This document shows, one piece after another, positions 8,866-17,751 of a stretch of 25,025 nucleotides of DNA (its first letter is position 1; each line of letters opens with the position of its first letter). Both the position numbers and the translations under genes were made by a program. The notes beneath the pieces are model-generated. The model was not told the DNA's origin. It saw only the letters and a list, made by a program, of their open reading frames with translations, and ran no database searches. This DNA is from Candidatus Methylomirabilota bacterium (GTDB lineage: Bacteria > Verrucomicrobiota > Verrucomicrobiia > Limisphaerales > DATKEE01), in contig DATKEE010000310.1 in NCBI GenBank assembly GCA_035544555.1, forward strand, positions 1 to 25,025, written 5' to 3'.

Positions 8866-9265
8866 GTTTCTCGACACCAACATCCTGCTTTACGCCTACG
8901 ACCTGGATGCTCCCGTCAAGCGAGCGGTGGCTCTCCGGTGGGTCGAGAAAGGTTGGACGGTTCCCGGCGACACCGCCATCAGTGTCCAGGTTCTCCAGGA
9001 ACTCCACGTCAATCTCACGAAGCACGGCGTCTCCCTGATCGATGCGACCCGAATCGTGCGTGATTTCGGGAACTGGCCCGTCGTGGACAACACGCTCGAA
9101 CTCCTCCATGCCGCGCTGGGCGAGCAGGCCCGCTGGAAAATCTCCCTTTGGGACGCGCTCATCCTTGCCGCCGCGCGCGCCTCCGGCGCCTCCGAACTAA
9201 TGACCGAAGACCTCAACCACAGCCAGGACTACGGCGGTGTCCGCGTCCTCAACCCCTTCCTCTGA
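8852..9265 (+). CDS. vapC: PIN-domain ribonuclease toxin (VapC-like)
   Basis: FLDTNILLY, QVLQE, SLWDALILAAA, TEDL acidic residues. 137 aa. Confidence 0.9.
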   Translation: MNASRFLDTNILLYAYDLDAPVKRAVALRWVEKGWTVPGDTAISVQVLQELHVNLTKHGVSLIDATRIVRDFGNWPVVDNTLELLHAALGEQARWKISLWDALILAAARASGASELMTEDLNHSQDYGGVRVLNPFL

Positions 9266-9373
9266 ATCCGTCCCCGCCCCCGTCAAAAACTTTGAGAACC
9301 TTAAGGCGAGGCTTCGTGAATTGTTGCATGTCTGGAAATGGGCTTCGCCCCGCATCCGGTTGGATGGAGGCAG

Positions 9374-10015
9374 TCAGGCGGGCGGGGTCGGCAGGGGGCC
9401 GAACTGCCGGGTCTCCGGATCGTAGGCGTAGAGTTGGGCGGACGCGATCTTGAAGAACCACGCGTGCAGACGCAACGAGCCCTTTTCGAGTCGTTGTTGC
9501 ACGGACGGGTAAGTGTGCAGATTCTCCAGAGCGAACAGGACGTTCTCCTCCCCCGCCGCGGTGATGCGCGCCTCCGGATCCTCGAGGTGCGCGTAGTTCT
9601 CCTCGATCAACCGGCGCACCGGAGCCGCGAGTGTCAGCCACGCATTCAGGTGGGGCATCGGCGCCGACGCCTTCACGCCCTCGAGCAACGCCGCCATGGC
9701 GCCGCACTGGGAATGGCCGCACACGACGATGTCCGAAACCTCGAGGGCCTGCACGGCGAACTCGATGGCCGCCGCCGTCGAATTGGTGCTGCCGGTGACG
9801 TCCGATGGCGGCACGATGTTGCCCACGTTTTTCACCACGAAGAGATCCCCGGGCTTGCTCTGGGTGATCAACTCCGCGAGGACACGGGAGTCCGAACAAG
9901 TGATGAACAGCGTATGCGGCCGCTGGCCTTCATGGGCGAGCCTCTGAAACAATTCGCGGTAACGACCGAACTCCTCCTTCTGAAAGCGATGGACCCCGTC
10001 GATCAGGCGTTGCAT
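9374..10015 (-). CDS. Beta-class carbonic anhydrase, 213 aa
   Basis: MQRLIDGVHRFQ start, Zn motifs FITCSDSRV and VCGHSQCGAM, KNVGN. Confidence 0.93.
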   Translation of the reverse strand: MQRLIDGVHRFQKEEFGRYRELFQRLAHEGQRPHTLFITCSDSRVLAELITQSKPGDLFVVKNVGNIVPPSDVTGSTNSTAAAIEFAVQALEVSDIVVCGHSQCGAMAALLEGVKASAPMPHLNAWLTLAAPVRRLIEENYAHLEDPEARITAAGEENVLFALENLHTYPSVQQRLEKGSLRLHAWFFKIASAQLYAYDPETRQFGPLPTPPA

Positions 10016-10209
10016 GGCGGCGATGATAAACCAGGGGAAGACCGGAGGCACGGCATTCCTGATGGCGGCATGGGCTGAATGTTGGGCTGACCACGCCACG
10101 CTGAACCTGAATTTCTCCGTGGGAACTGAAAGCTGCCGGATCATCAGAATACCCGGGCATCAAATAAAGGCTGGCCCGCGGGCGTCCAAGGCTTCAAATT
10201 ATCCCGGCC

Positions 10210-11412
10210 ATGCTCCCCATCGAACGAACCATCGAGGTCAGCTTCCGCCATCAGGTGCATTTCACCGAAGGGGTGTTCCGGCCCGCCAATCCGCTGTTGC
10301 GCGACATCCTGACCAACGACGAGGAGAAGGACATTCACAAGGCTCTCGTCGTGGTGGACGAAACGCTGGCGCAGGCCCAGCCCACACTGGTGCGCGCCAT
10401 CGAAACCTGGTTCGCCTCGTTTTCCGACTGCCTCAAGCTGGTCTGCCCGCCGCTCATCATCGAAGGCGGCGAGCGGGTGAAGAACTCCTATTTCCATGTC
10501 TCCGAAATCCAGTCCCACGTCGAACGCTATCACGTGGACCGGCACTCCTACGTGATCGCCGTCGGTGGCGGCGCGCTGCTGGACATGGCCGGACTGGCGG
10601 CGGCCACGGCGCATCGCGGCGTGCGGCACATCCGCATTCCCACCACGACCCTGAGTCAGGATGATTCGGGCGTCGGCGTGAAGAATGGGATCAATGCCTT
10701 CGGCAAGAAGAATTTCATCGGCGCCTTCGCGCCGCCGTTCGCGGTGATCAACGACTTCCAGATGCTGGAATCCCTGCCGGAGCGCGACAAACGGGCCGGT
10801 TACGCCGAGGCCGTGAAGGTGGCCCTGATCCGCGACGCCGAATTCTTCGAGAGCATCGAACGCGACGCGCGCAAGCTCCGGCTGTTCGATCCGGAGGCGA
10901 TGCGGCGTTTGATCCATCGCTGCGCCGCGCTGCACGTGAATCACATTGCCACGTCCGGCGATCCCTTCGAGTTCGGCTCCGCGCGCCCGCTGGACTTCGG
11001 GCACTGGTCGGCGCACAAGCTCGAGCAACTCTCCGAGTACCGCATCCGTCACGGCGAGGCCGTCGCCATCGGCATCGCGCTCGACACGCTTTACTCCGCG
11101 AAGAAGGGCTTCCTGGACGCGGAATCGGCGGAGCGCATTCTCGTGCTGCTGGAATCCCTTGGGTTTGACCTTTTCGCGCACGATCTGTTGCGCGTCGGGG
11201 CGGATGGCGGCCTGGCGGTGCTGGGCGGCCTCGAGGAATTTCGCGAACACCTGGGCGGCCAGCTCACCATCACCCTCCTCAAAGGCATCGGCCAGGGATT
11301 CGAGGTTCACGAGATGCACTACGGCCGGGTGATCGATGCGATTCAGGATCTCGAACGGCGGCATCACGCGCACGATTCAAAGATCATTTATCCGGGAGTC
11401 CGGGCGCAATGA
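10210..11412 (+). CDS. eboD: Sugar-phosphate cyclase / 3-dehydroquinate-synthase-like, EboD type
   Basis: GGGALLD, PTTTLSQDDSGVGVKNGIN, metal ligands AEAVK / FGHWSAH / HGEAV. Directly upstream of the eboF-like gene. Confidence 0.85.
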   Translation: MLPIERTIEVSFRHQVHFTEGVFRPANPLLRDILTNDEEKDIHKALVVVDETLAQAQPTLVRAIETWFASFSDCLKLVCPPLIIEGGERVKNSYFHVSEIQSHVERYHVDRHSYVIAVGGGALLDMAGLAAATAHRGVRHIRIPTTTLSQDDSGVGVKNGINAFGKKNFIGAFAPPFAVINDFQMLESLPERDKRAGYAEAVKVALIRDAEFFESIERDARKLRLFDPEAMRRLIHRCAALHVNHIATSGDPFEFGSARPLDFGHWSAHKLEQLSEYRIRHGEAVAIGIALDTLYSAKKGFLDAESAERILVLLESLGFDLFAHDLLRVGADGGLAVLGGLEEFREHLGGQLTITLLKGIGQGFEVHEMHYGRVIDAIQDLERRHHAHDSKIIYPGVRAQ

Positions 11413-11442
11413 ACTCGTCCGGACGGACTCCGAAGCACAGCC

Positions 11443-12843
11443 ATGAATCGCACCGTCGTTCTCAATGTGGTGGGTTTGACCGAGTCCCTGCTGGGATCGG
11501 AGACGCCCGCCATCCAATCCTTTCTGCAACAAGGCGCGTGGGCACATGTCACCCCGGCCTTTCCGGCCGTCACCTGCACCGCGCAATCGAACTATCTCAC
11601 CGGTGCCACTCCCGGGCAGCACGGCATCGTTGGCAATGGCTGGTACAACCGCGAACTGGCAGAAGTCCACTTCTGGAAGCAGCCTGACCATGTGGTTCAC
11701 GCTCCCAAGGTCTGGGAGGATCTGCGCCGCCAACTGCCCGGATTCACCTGCGCGAAGCTTTTCTGGTGGTACAACATGTATTCCTCGGCCGATTACTCGA
11801 TCACCCCGCGGCCGATGTATCCGGCGGACGGGCGCAAGGTGTTCGACATTTATTCCTGGCCCTACTCGATCCGCGAGGAGATCAAGAAGGACCTCGGCGA
11901 GTTTCCATTCTTCGGCTTCTGGGGTCCGGCGGCCGGGGTGAACACTTCCAAGGGATCCGCCGACTGTGTCAGCCGATGGATCGCCGCGTCGGCGCGCTGG
12001 ATCGAGGAGCGCTATGAACCGACGCTGAGTCTGGTTTATCTCCCGCACCTGGACTACAACCTTCAGCGGCTCGGGCCGGGCCATCCGGACATCGCCACCG
12101 ACCTGCGTCAGATCGACGGGATTGTGGGGGAGTTGGTGGCGTTTTTTGAGAAGCGCTCCGTTCGTGTCCTGCTGCTCTCCGAGTATGGGATCACTCCGGT
12201 TGATCATCCGATCCATCTGAACCGGCTGTTTCGCCGGCGCGGCTGGCTCGTCATCAAGGAGGAACTGGGGCATGAATTGCTCGATTACGGCGCGAGCCGC
12301 GCGTTCGCCGTGGCGGATCATCAGGTCGCCCATATTTATCTCAACGATCCGACGCTTGAAGGCCCCGTCCGGGAGTTGCTGGCGTCCGAACCGGGGATCA
12401 GCCATCTCCTGGGAGCCGGGGAGAAACAGGAATGGGGCGTCCACCATCCGCGCGCCGGCGATCTGGTGGCGGTCGCGAAGGAGAACGCGTGGTTCAGTTA
12501 TTACTACTGGCTCGATGACCGGCGCGCGCCCGATTTCGCCCGGTGCGTCGATATCCATCGCAAGCCGGGATACGATCCGGTGGAGTTGTTCCTCGATCCC
12601 GCGATCCCGGCGGTGAAGCTGAAGATCCTCTGGCGGCTGCTGCAAAAGCGGCTGGGATTCCGAATGCTGATGGATGTCATTCCCTTGGACGCCGCGCTGG
12701 TCAGGGGTTCCCACGGACGCCGTCCCGCGGAGGCCGTCCATCAGCCTCTGGTGGCAACGCGGGAAACCTCGCTGCTGACGAGGTCCTCACTCGAGTCCAC
12801 GGACGTGTATGATCTGATCAAGCGGCATGTCCTTGGCGGATAG
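11443..12843 (+). CDS. eboF: Nucleotide pyrophosphatase/phosphodiesterase-like (alkaline phosphatase superfamily), EboF type
   Basis: VVLNVVGL, FPAVTCTAQ...LTG, HGIVGNGWY, YLPHLDYNLQ, HRKPGYDPVELF, RGSHG. Confidence 0.85.
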   Translation: MNRTVVLNVVGLTESLLGSETPAIQSFLQQGAWAHVTPAFPAVTCTAQSNYLTGATPGQHGIVGNGWYNRELAEVHFWKQPDHVVHAPKVWEDLRRQLPGFTCAKLFWWYNMYSSADYSITPRPMYPADGRKVFDIYSWPYSIREEIKKDLGEFPFFGFWGPAAGVNTSKGSADCVSRWIAASARWIEERYEPTLSLVYLPHLDYNLQRLGPGHPDIATDLRQIDGIVGELVAFFEKRSVRVLLLSEYGITPVDHPIHLNRLFRRRGWLVIKEELGHELLDYGASRAFAVADHQVAHIYLNDPTLEGPVRELLASEPGISHLLGAGEKQEWGVHHPRAGDLVAVAKENAWFSYYYWLDDRRAPDFARCVDIHRKPGYDPVELFLDPAIPAVKLKILWRLLQKRLGFRMLMDVIPLDAALVRGSHGRRPAEAVHQPLVATRETSLLTRSSLESTDVYDLIKRHVLGG

Positions 12844-12878
12844 ATTCCGTCGATGGGGAGGGGAGTGAGCGCGGAAGG

Positions 12879-13937
12879 TCAGAGTTCACTGGCGACCAGG
12901 TCACCGACCTCGGACGTGGAGTGCCCCATTTTTCCGGCGGCCAGCGTTTTGATCTTCTCGCGGGTGACCTTGATCACGGCGGCCTCGATCTTCGCGGCGG
13001 CCTCGGTCTCGCCCAGGTGATCGAGCATCATCTGACCGGCACAGATGGCGGCCAGCGGATTGATCACGCCTTGTCCGGTGTACTTTGGCGCGCTGCCGCC
13101 AATCGGTTCGAACATGCTCGTCCCCTGGGGATTGATGTTCCCGCCGGCCGCGATCCCCATCCCGCCCTGAATCATCGCCCCCAGATCCGTGATGATGTCG
13201 CCGAACATGTTGTCGGTCACGATCACGTCGAACCATTCCGGGTTCTTCACAAACCACATCGTCGTCGCGTCCACGTGCGCGTACTCGCGCTTGATCTCGG
13301 CAAAATCCTTCGATCCGATCTCATGGAACGCGCGCTCCCAGAGGTCGAAGGCGTAGGTCAGGACATTCGTCTTGCCGCAGAGTGTGAGGGTCTTCCGCTT
13401 GTTACGCTTGCGCGTGAACTCGTAGGCATAGCGCAGGCATCGCTCGACGCCCCGCCGGGTGTTGATGCTTTCCTGAATGGCGATCTCATGCGGAGTCCCC
13501 TTGAAAACGAACCCGCCCGACCCGGTGTAAAGCCCCTCGTTATTCTCGCGCACGACCACAAAATCGATGTCCGAGGGGTTCTTGTCCTTGAGGGGGCAGA
13601 AACGTTCGTCGTAGAGCTTCACGGGGCGGAGATTGATGTATTGCTCGAGTTCGAATCGCAGCCGCAACAGGATGCCTTTCTCGAGGATGCCCGGTTTCAC
13701 GTCGGGATGTCCGATGGCGCCGAGCAGGATGGCGGGAAACTTTCTCAACTCGTCAACGACGCTGTCCGGCAAGGCTTCTCCGGTGCGCAGATAGCGGTCG
13801 CCGCCCAGGTCATAATCCGTGGGGTTGAGCTTGAACTTGAATTTCGAGGCGGCGGCGTTGAGAACCTTGAGCGCCTCGCGGGTGACTTCCGGACCTGTTC
13901 CGTCGCCACCGAGCACGGCAATATTGTAGCTTTTCAT
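12879..13937 (-). CDS. leuB: 3-isopropylmalate dehydrogenase (short, type-2-like)
   Basis: [52 protein letters not shown]. Confidence 0.88.
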   Translation of the reverse strand: MKSYNIAVLGGDGTGPEVTREALKVLNAAASKFKFKLNPTDYDLGGDRYLRTGEALPDSVVDELRKFPAILLGAIGHPDVKPGILEKGILLRLRFELEQYINLRPVKLYDERFCPLKDKNPSDIDFVVVRENNEGLYTGSGGFVFKGTPHEIAIQESINTRRGVERCLRYAYEFTRKRNKRKTLTLCGKTNVLTYAFDLWERAFHEIGSKDFAEIKREYAHVDATTMWFVKNPEWFDVIVTDNMFGDIITDLGAMIQGGMGIAAGGNINPQGTSMFEPIGGSAPKYTGQGVINPLAAICAGQMMLDHLGETEAAAKIEAAVIKVTREKIKTLAAGKMGHSTSEVGDLVASEL

Positions 13938-14044
13938 GGATGCCAATTCGGATTCGCCGGCGGCCGAGGCGGCAGCCGGCAGGGAGTGGCGATGCTAGGG
14001 ATTTCCGGCGGGCTTTCAAAGAAATTTTCGGGTTCAGAATCCCA

Positions 14045-14074
14045 TTGACCTCCCCTTTCTCGTGTCCCTAGATT
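14045..14074 (+). promoter_or_regulatory. Sigma70-like promoter of the DUF5069 gene
   Basis: TTGACC 14045-14050, N18, TAGATT 14069-14074; ATG is at 14111. Confidence 0.45.
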
Positions 14075-14110
14075 GGCGTCGTTCAAACCCCTTCAATTCA
14101 GGAAAAACCT

Positions 14111-14557
14111 ATGAATACGCACGTTCCCATGATCAGTTCGGGTGTGGCCGGCCCTCTGGGCGTTCTGCACCTTCCCCGTCTCTGGCTCAAACTCTCCCTC
14201 GAAGCCGCCGGCAAACTGGCGTCCGGCTACCCCGGGGCGGGCAAGGGCTATGACCAGATGGTGATCGATGGTCTCGGCCTCGACCGCCAGAAGGTCATCG
14301 ACTACATCTCGAAGGAAAAACCCACCTACCCGAAGTTCGAGGACTGGGTCAAACAACAACCGGGCGCCAAACTCGACGCCGCCTCGATTGACAAACTCAA
14401 CAGCGCCATCCGCGGTTACAATCACGACGACGCCACCCGCCAGTCCATCCTCTCGGCCAACAGTCTGCCGGACGACGCCAAGGCCCCGAAGGATGCCATT
14501 GCGCTGAACAACCTCGACGACTGGAAGGAATTCCACGACGCCGTGTTGAAGGGCTAG
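14111..14557 (+). CDS. DUF5069-like small protein
   Basis: GPLGVLHLPRLWLK...GY...D....LGLD pattern recalled for this family. Typical codon usage, A-rich leader. Confidence 0.65.
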   Translation: MNTHVPMISSGVAGPLGVLHLPRLWLKLSLEAAGKLASGYPGAGKGYDQMVIDGLGLDRQKVIDYISKEKPTYPKFEDWVKQQPGAKLDAASIDKLNSAIRGYNHDDATRQSILSANSLPDDAKAPKDAIALNNLDDWKEFHDAVLKG

Positions 14558-14802
14558 CCGGATGGCGGCAACCCGGTCCGGAAGGACCGACAGCGAGGAC
14601 GCCCTTTCCTGCCAGGATCACCCGTCTCCTCCGGACACGCGGGAGGCGGGTTCCGCTTTGTGACCGCCGATGACGCACACCGCCGGCGTCCACGCGCTCC
14701 GCGCCGACGCTGCCCGGGTCCAGGCGACGTGATACGGCAGCATCGGGGACAGACGGGGAATTGTGACTGGACACCCGGTTCCGAAGTCGAGAAATCATCT
14801 CC

Positions 14803-15924
14803 ATGAACCGCCGGCTTTTCCTCGTTCTGTTCCCTGCCATCCTTCTGCTGCTCTGCCGGCCCGTGCCGCTGTCGGGCGAATCGACGCTCGAGACGCGGAA
14901 CGTGGTGTTGATCACGCTCGACGGGTTGCGTTGGCAGGAGGTTTTTACCGGAGCCGAGGAACAACTCATCGACAGGGACTTTGGCGGGGTGCGCGATACC
15001 AACGCCATCCTGAAAGCCTTCTGGCGGGAGACTCCGGAGGCGAGACGCGAGGCCCTCCTTCCCTTTTTCTGGAACACCATCGCCAGGGAAGGCCAGCTCT
15101 TCGGCAATCCCGCGCTCAACAGCGTCGTCGAGTCGGACAACGGGTTGTATTTCTCCTATCCCGGTTACAACGAACTCCTCACCGGGGCACCGGATTCGCG
15201 CATCGACAGCAACGACAAACTTCCGAACCCAAACCTCACCGTCCTCGAGTGGCTGCATCGACAACCCGCCTTCCAGGGACGCATCGCCGCGTTCGCCGCG
15301 TGGGATGTCTTTCCCTACATCCTGAATCAGGAACGCAGCGGCATTCCCGTGACCGCCGGCTGGAACCCGCTTCCGGTGGAACATCCCACTCCGCGCCAGG
15401 CGCTGTTGAACGAACTGATCCGTGACACGACCCGCGCGTGGGATAGTGTCGCTTACGACTCATTCGTGTTCCAGGCGGTGCTGGAACACCTGCGGCAAAA
15501 TCAGCCACGGGTGCTTTACATCGCGTTTGGCGAGACCGATGACTGGGCGCATGACGGACGCTATGACCGGGTGTTGTTGACCGCGCGCCAGAGCGACGAC
15601 TACATCCGGCGTCTTTGGGAGTTGTTTCAATCGCTCCCCGCCTATCGCGATCTGACCACCTTCATCGTGACGACCGATCACGGCCGTGGGGACGGACTCA
15701 TTGAATGGCGTCATCATGGCAGGGACAAGGCGGGTTCCGAAAAGGTGTGGCTGGCGGTGCTCGGCCCTGACACCCCGCCGCTCGGGGAACGCAGGGATGC
15801 CCCTCGCCTTGCGCTGGCCCAAACCGCCGCCACGGTCGCGGCGTTCCTGGGGGAGGAATTCGACAACGGAGGAGACACGGCCCCGCCCGTGGAGGGAGTC
15901 ATTCGCTTGCGACACTCACGCTGA
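14803..15924 (+). CDS. Exported alkaline-phosphatase-superfamily metalloenzyme
   Basis: Signal peptide MNRRLFLVLFPAILLLL; NVVLITLDGLRW, FSYPGYNELLTG (Ser nucleophile position), ETDDWAH, TTDHG. Confidence 0.85.
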   Translation: MNRRLFLVLFPAILLLLCRPVPLSGESTLETRNVVLITLDGLRWQEVFTGAEEQLIDRDFGGVRDTNAILKAFWRETPEARREALLPFFWNTIAREGQLFGNPALNSVVESDNGLYFSYPGYNELLTGAPDSRIDSNDKLPNPNLTVLEWLHRQPAFQGRIAAFAAWDVFPYILNQERSGIPVTAGWNPLPVEHPTPRQALLNELIRDTTRAWDSVAYDSFVFQAVLEHLRQNQPRVLYIAFGETDDWAHDGRYDRVLLTARQSDDYIRRLWELFQSLPAYRDLTTFIVTTDHGRGDGLIEWRHHGRDKAGSEKVWLAVLGPDTPPLGERRDAPRLALAQTAATVAAFLGEEFDNGGDTAPPVEGVIRLRHSR

Positions 15925-15990
15925 CCCGGAAGGAACGCGTTCCACTGCGTCGCCGACCTGCAGAAGGCGCACGGATTGTGGAAACGCTCA

Positions 15991-16188
15991 GAAGGGGAAC
16001 CACGAATGGACACGAATGTAGGGTGAAGGAATGAAAGAACGGGAGCGCGGCCAGCTTGCCCGCGCGCCGGAGCAGATTCACCGGGAGGAAGGGGAACCAC
16101 GAATGGACACGAATGGACACGAATGAAGGGCAAAGGAATGAACGAATGGGAGCGCGGACAGCTTGCCCGCGCGGCGGAGCAGATCCAC
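15991..16188 (+). repeat. Two tandem ~97-bp units containing a 10-nt microsatellite and a GC hairpin
   Basis: Units start gaaggggaac at 15991 and 16088. cacgaatg(g/t/a)a occurs x2 in unit 1 and x3 in unit 2. Each unit carries gggagcgcgg(c/a)cagcttgcccgcgc. Confidence 0.85.
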
Positions 16189-16204
16189 AAAGAGGGACCG
16201 CGAT

Positions 16205-16846
16205 TCAGGCGAGGATAAACAAGCCGAGCCCGCAAAGCGCGATGAGGCAGCCGGCCACGCGCAACCAGGGGGTTTGGCCGAGTCGCGTGGAGGCCACTCC
16301 AAGGGCAATTCCGGCCAGGTGAAGCAGGGCCGATGCAAGCATGAACCCCGTGCCGTAGCCAACGGCCGACAGCGAGGCTCCCATTTCGGCACCGTGGGCG
16401 TGGCCATGGAACAGGGCGAACACCGCCACCACACCCAGGCCGGACAACAGGGGGAACCGTGCGGCACAAGCGATCAGTGCCCCGAGCAGCAGCACCGAGA
16501 GCACGATCATGAACTCGACACCGGGCAGCGCGACACCGGCGATCCCGATCCCGCCGCCAACCGCCATGAGAGCGAGGAAGGCGGCCGGAAGTTGCCAGAT
16601 GGCCCGGCCTCCGAGTTGAGCCGCCCACAAACCGATCGCGAGCATTGCCAGGAGATGGTCCAGGCCGCCCAGTGGATGAGCGATGCCCGACAGAAGGCTG
16701 TTCTGAGGCGACAGGACGGAATGGGCCATGGCGGGTTGGACAAACCAGACCATGCCCAGCAAGGCGCACAGAATCGTCCGGGAACGCGCCCCGGGATTCC
16801 GCGGGATCACGTTGAGTCGGGAGCGGCTGGCTGGCATTGCGTTCAT
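16205..16846 (-). CDS. HupE/UreJ family Ni/Co transporter
   Basis: Signal ending AMA-H, SGIAHPLGGLDHLLAM, FALFHGHAHGAEM, multiple TM helices. Confidence 0.92.
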   Translation of the reverse strand: MNAMPASRSRLNVIPRNPGARSRTILCALLGMVWFVQPAMAHSVLSPQNSLLSGIAHPLGGLDHLLAMLAIGLWAAQLGGRAIWQLPAAFLALMAVGGGIGIAGVALPGVEFMIVLSVLLLGALIACAARFPLLSGLGVVAVFALFHGHAHGAEMGASLSAVGYGTGFMLASALLHLAGIALGVASTRLGQTPWLRVAGCLIALCGLGLFILA

Positions 16847-16876
16847 GACCGTTCCCCAATAACGGCAGGCCCCCGC

Positions 16877-16893
16877 TTAATCAAGACGATTAA
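16877..16893. promoter_or_regulatory. AT-rich palindrome TTAATC-N5-GATTAA upstream of hupE/ureJ
   Basis: ttaatc 16877-16882 / gattaa 16888-16893, about 30 nt before the start codon, in a GC-rich context. Confidence 0.4.
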
Positions 16894-16903
16894 CCTGGCC
16901 CCG

Positions 16904-17545
16904 TCAGCCCTGCCCCCTTCTCCACAACAGATACCCGCCGACGATGACGAAGATCAGCAGCAGCGCCGCAACCAGCGTGGCAATCAGCTTGAATAGCCGC
17001 GCCTGTTGAAAGATCCGTTCGGTCCGTTCCCGCTCCACTTCCCGGAACACCGCGAATTCCTTGTCGAGCGATATGGCGCTGATCGCATCCTCGTCGCGCA
17101 ATTGCAGCGTGCACCATTTGTCATCGCGCTCACCGAGTTCGGCGGGCAGCCGCTCGAGTTCCGTCGGGGTGGCGGGTCGCAACCCCTCCTGATGCCAGAA
17201 CACTCCCGTCTCCCGGGTCCACAACCGCGCCAGGCCGTGGTTCTGGGCAACCGATTTGAGCCGGCTCCAGAGCAGGGGACGGAGCCGGTCGGCGTCGCCG
17301 AAATCCTGGAAGCATTCGCTGTGGATGCTGCCGTGCAGGCCGGAGAGGCGCAGTCCGATGCAACCCGCGATCCGGTCCTCCGCGGTCTCCACCAATTGAA
17401 AGTCGGTGACACGCTTTTCCAGCTCCCTGGGCTGGAGCTGGCAAAGCTTCCATAACTCGATCAGCGCCGGGAGGTCATCGACCGTGGCGCGACGGACGCG
17501 GGGTTCGGGAGGGGCGGGAGCTGGCGGCGTTTCAGTGTTCACCAT
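16904..17545 (-). CDS. GNAT-fold protein with a C-terminal membrane anchor
   Basis: VRRATVDDLPALIELW, IAGCIGL, AQNHGLARLW, FWHQEGLRP. The tail IATLVAALLLIFVIVGGYLLWRR is a TM helix. Confidence 0.7.
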   Translation of the reverse strand: MVNTETPPAPAPPEPRVRRATVDDLPALIELWKLCQLQPRELEKRVTDFQLVETAEDRIAGCIGLRLSGLHGSIHSECFQDFGDADRLRPLLWSRLKSVAQNHGLARLWTRETGVFWHQEGLRPATPTELERLPAELGERDDKWCTLQLRDEDAISAISLDKEFAVFREVERERTERIFQQARLFKLIATLVAALLLIFVIVGGYLLWRRGQG

Positions 17546-17751
17546 GGCATGGCTGGGTGCGTGTCCGGCGGAACCTGGTCATGGGCGTGGGCGTGAATGC
17601 CGCCGGAGGTTATGAAGTTCTCCCGAGCAAGGCAAGCCGCGCCTGCGTTTGGGCCTTCGCCACGGTGGCGGTCCAGGGCGACGGTTGAAGTGCATGAATG
17701 GAATGGAAAGCGTTGGACCAGACCTCCCACATCCCGCCTCTAGCCGGCTCG

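Noticed and set aside
10210-11412. Housekeeping aroB call
   Set aside because: No shikimate-pathway neighbours; the SQDDSGVGVKNGIN and FGHWSAH variants and the ebo context fit EboD better.
10144-14048. ORFs 10144-11373(-), 11377-12741(-) and 12921-14048(+)
   Set aside because: Antisense shadows of eboD, eboF and leuB.
14566-14615. GGCAACC-cggtcc-GGAA-ggaccg...GGACGC hairpin resembling c-di-GMP-I, SAM-I or SRP motifs
   Set aside because: It lacks GCAAAG after GAC (c-di-GMP-I), lacks GAGGGA and GGTGC (SAM-I), and lacks the GGAAGCAG internal loop (SRP). Treated as an ordinary hairpin after DUF5069.
15991-16188. CRISPR-like direct repeats
   Set aside because: Only two long units, the intervening sequence is itself repeated, there are no unique spacers and no cas genes.
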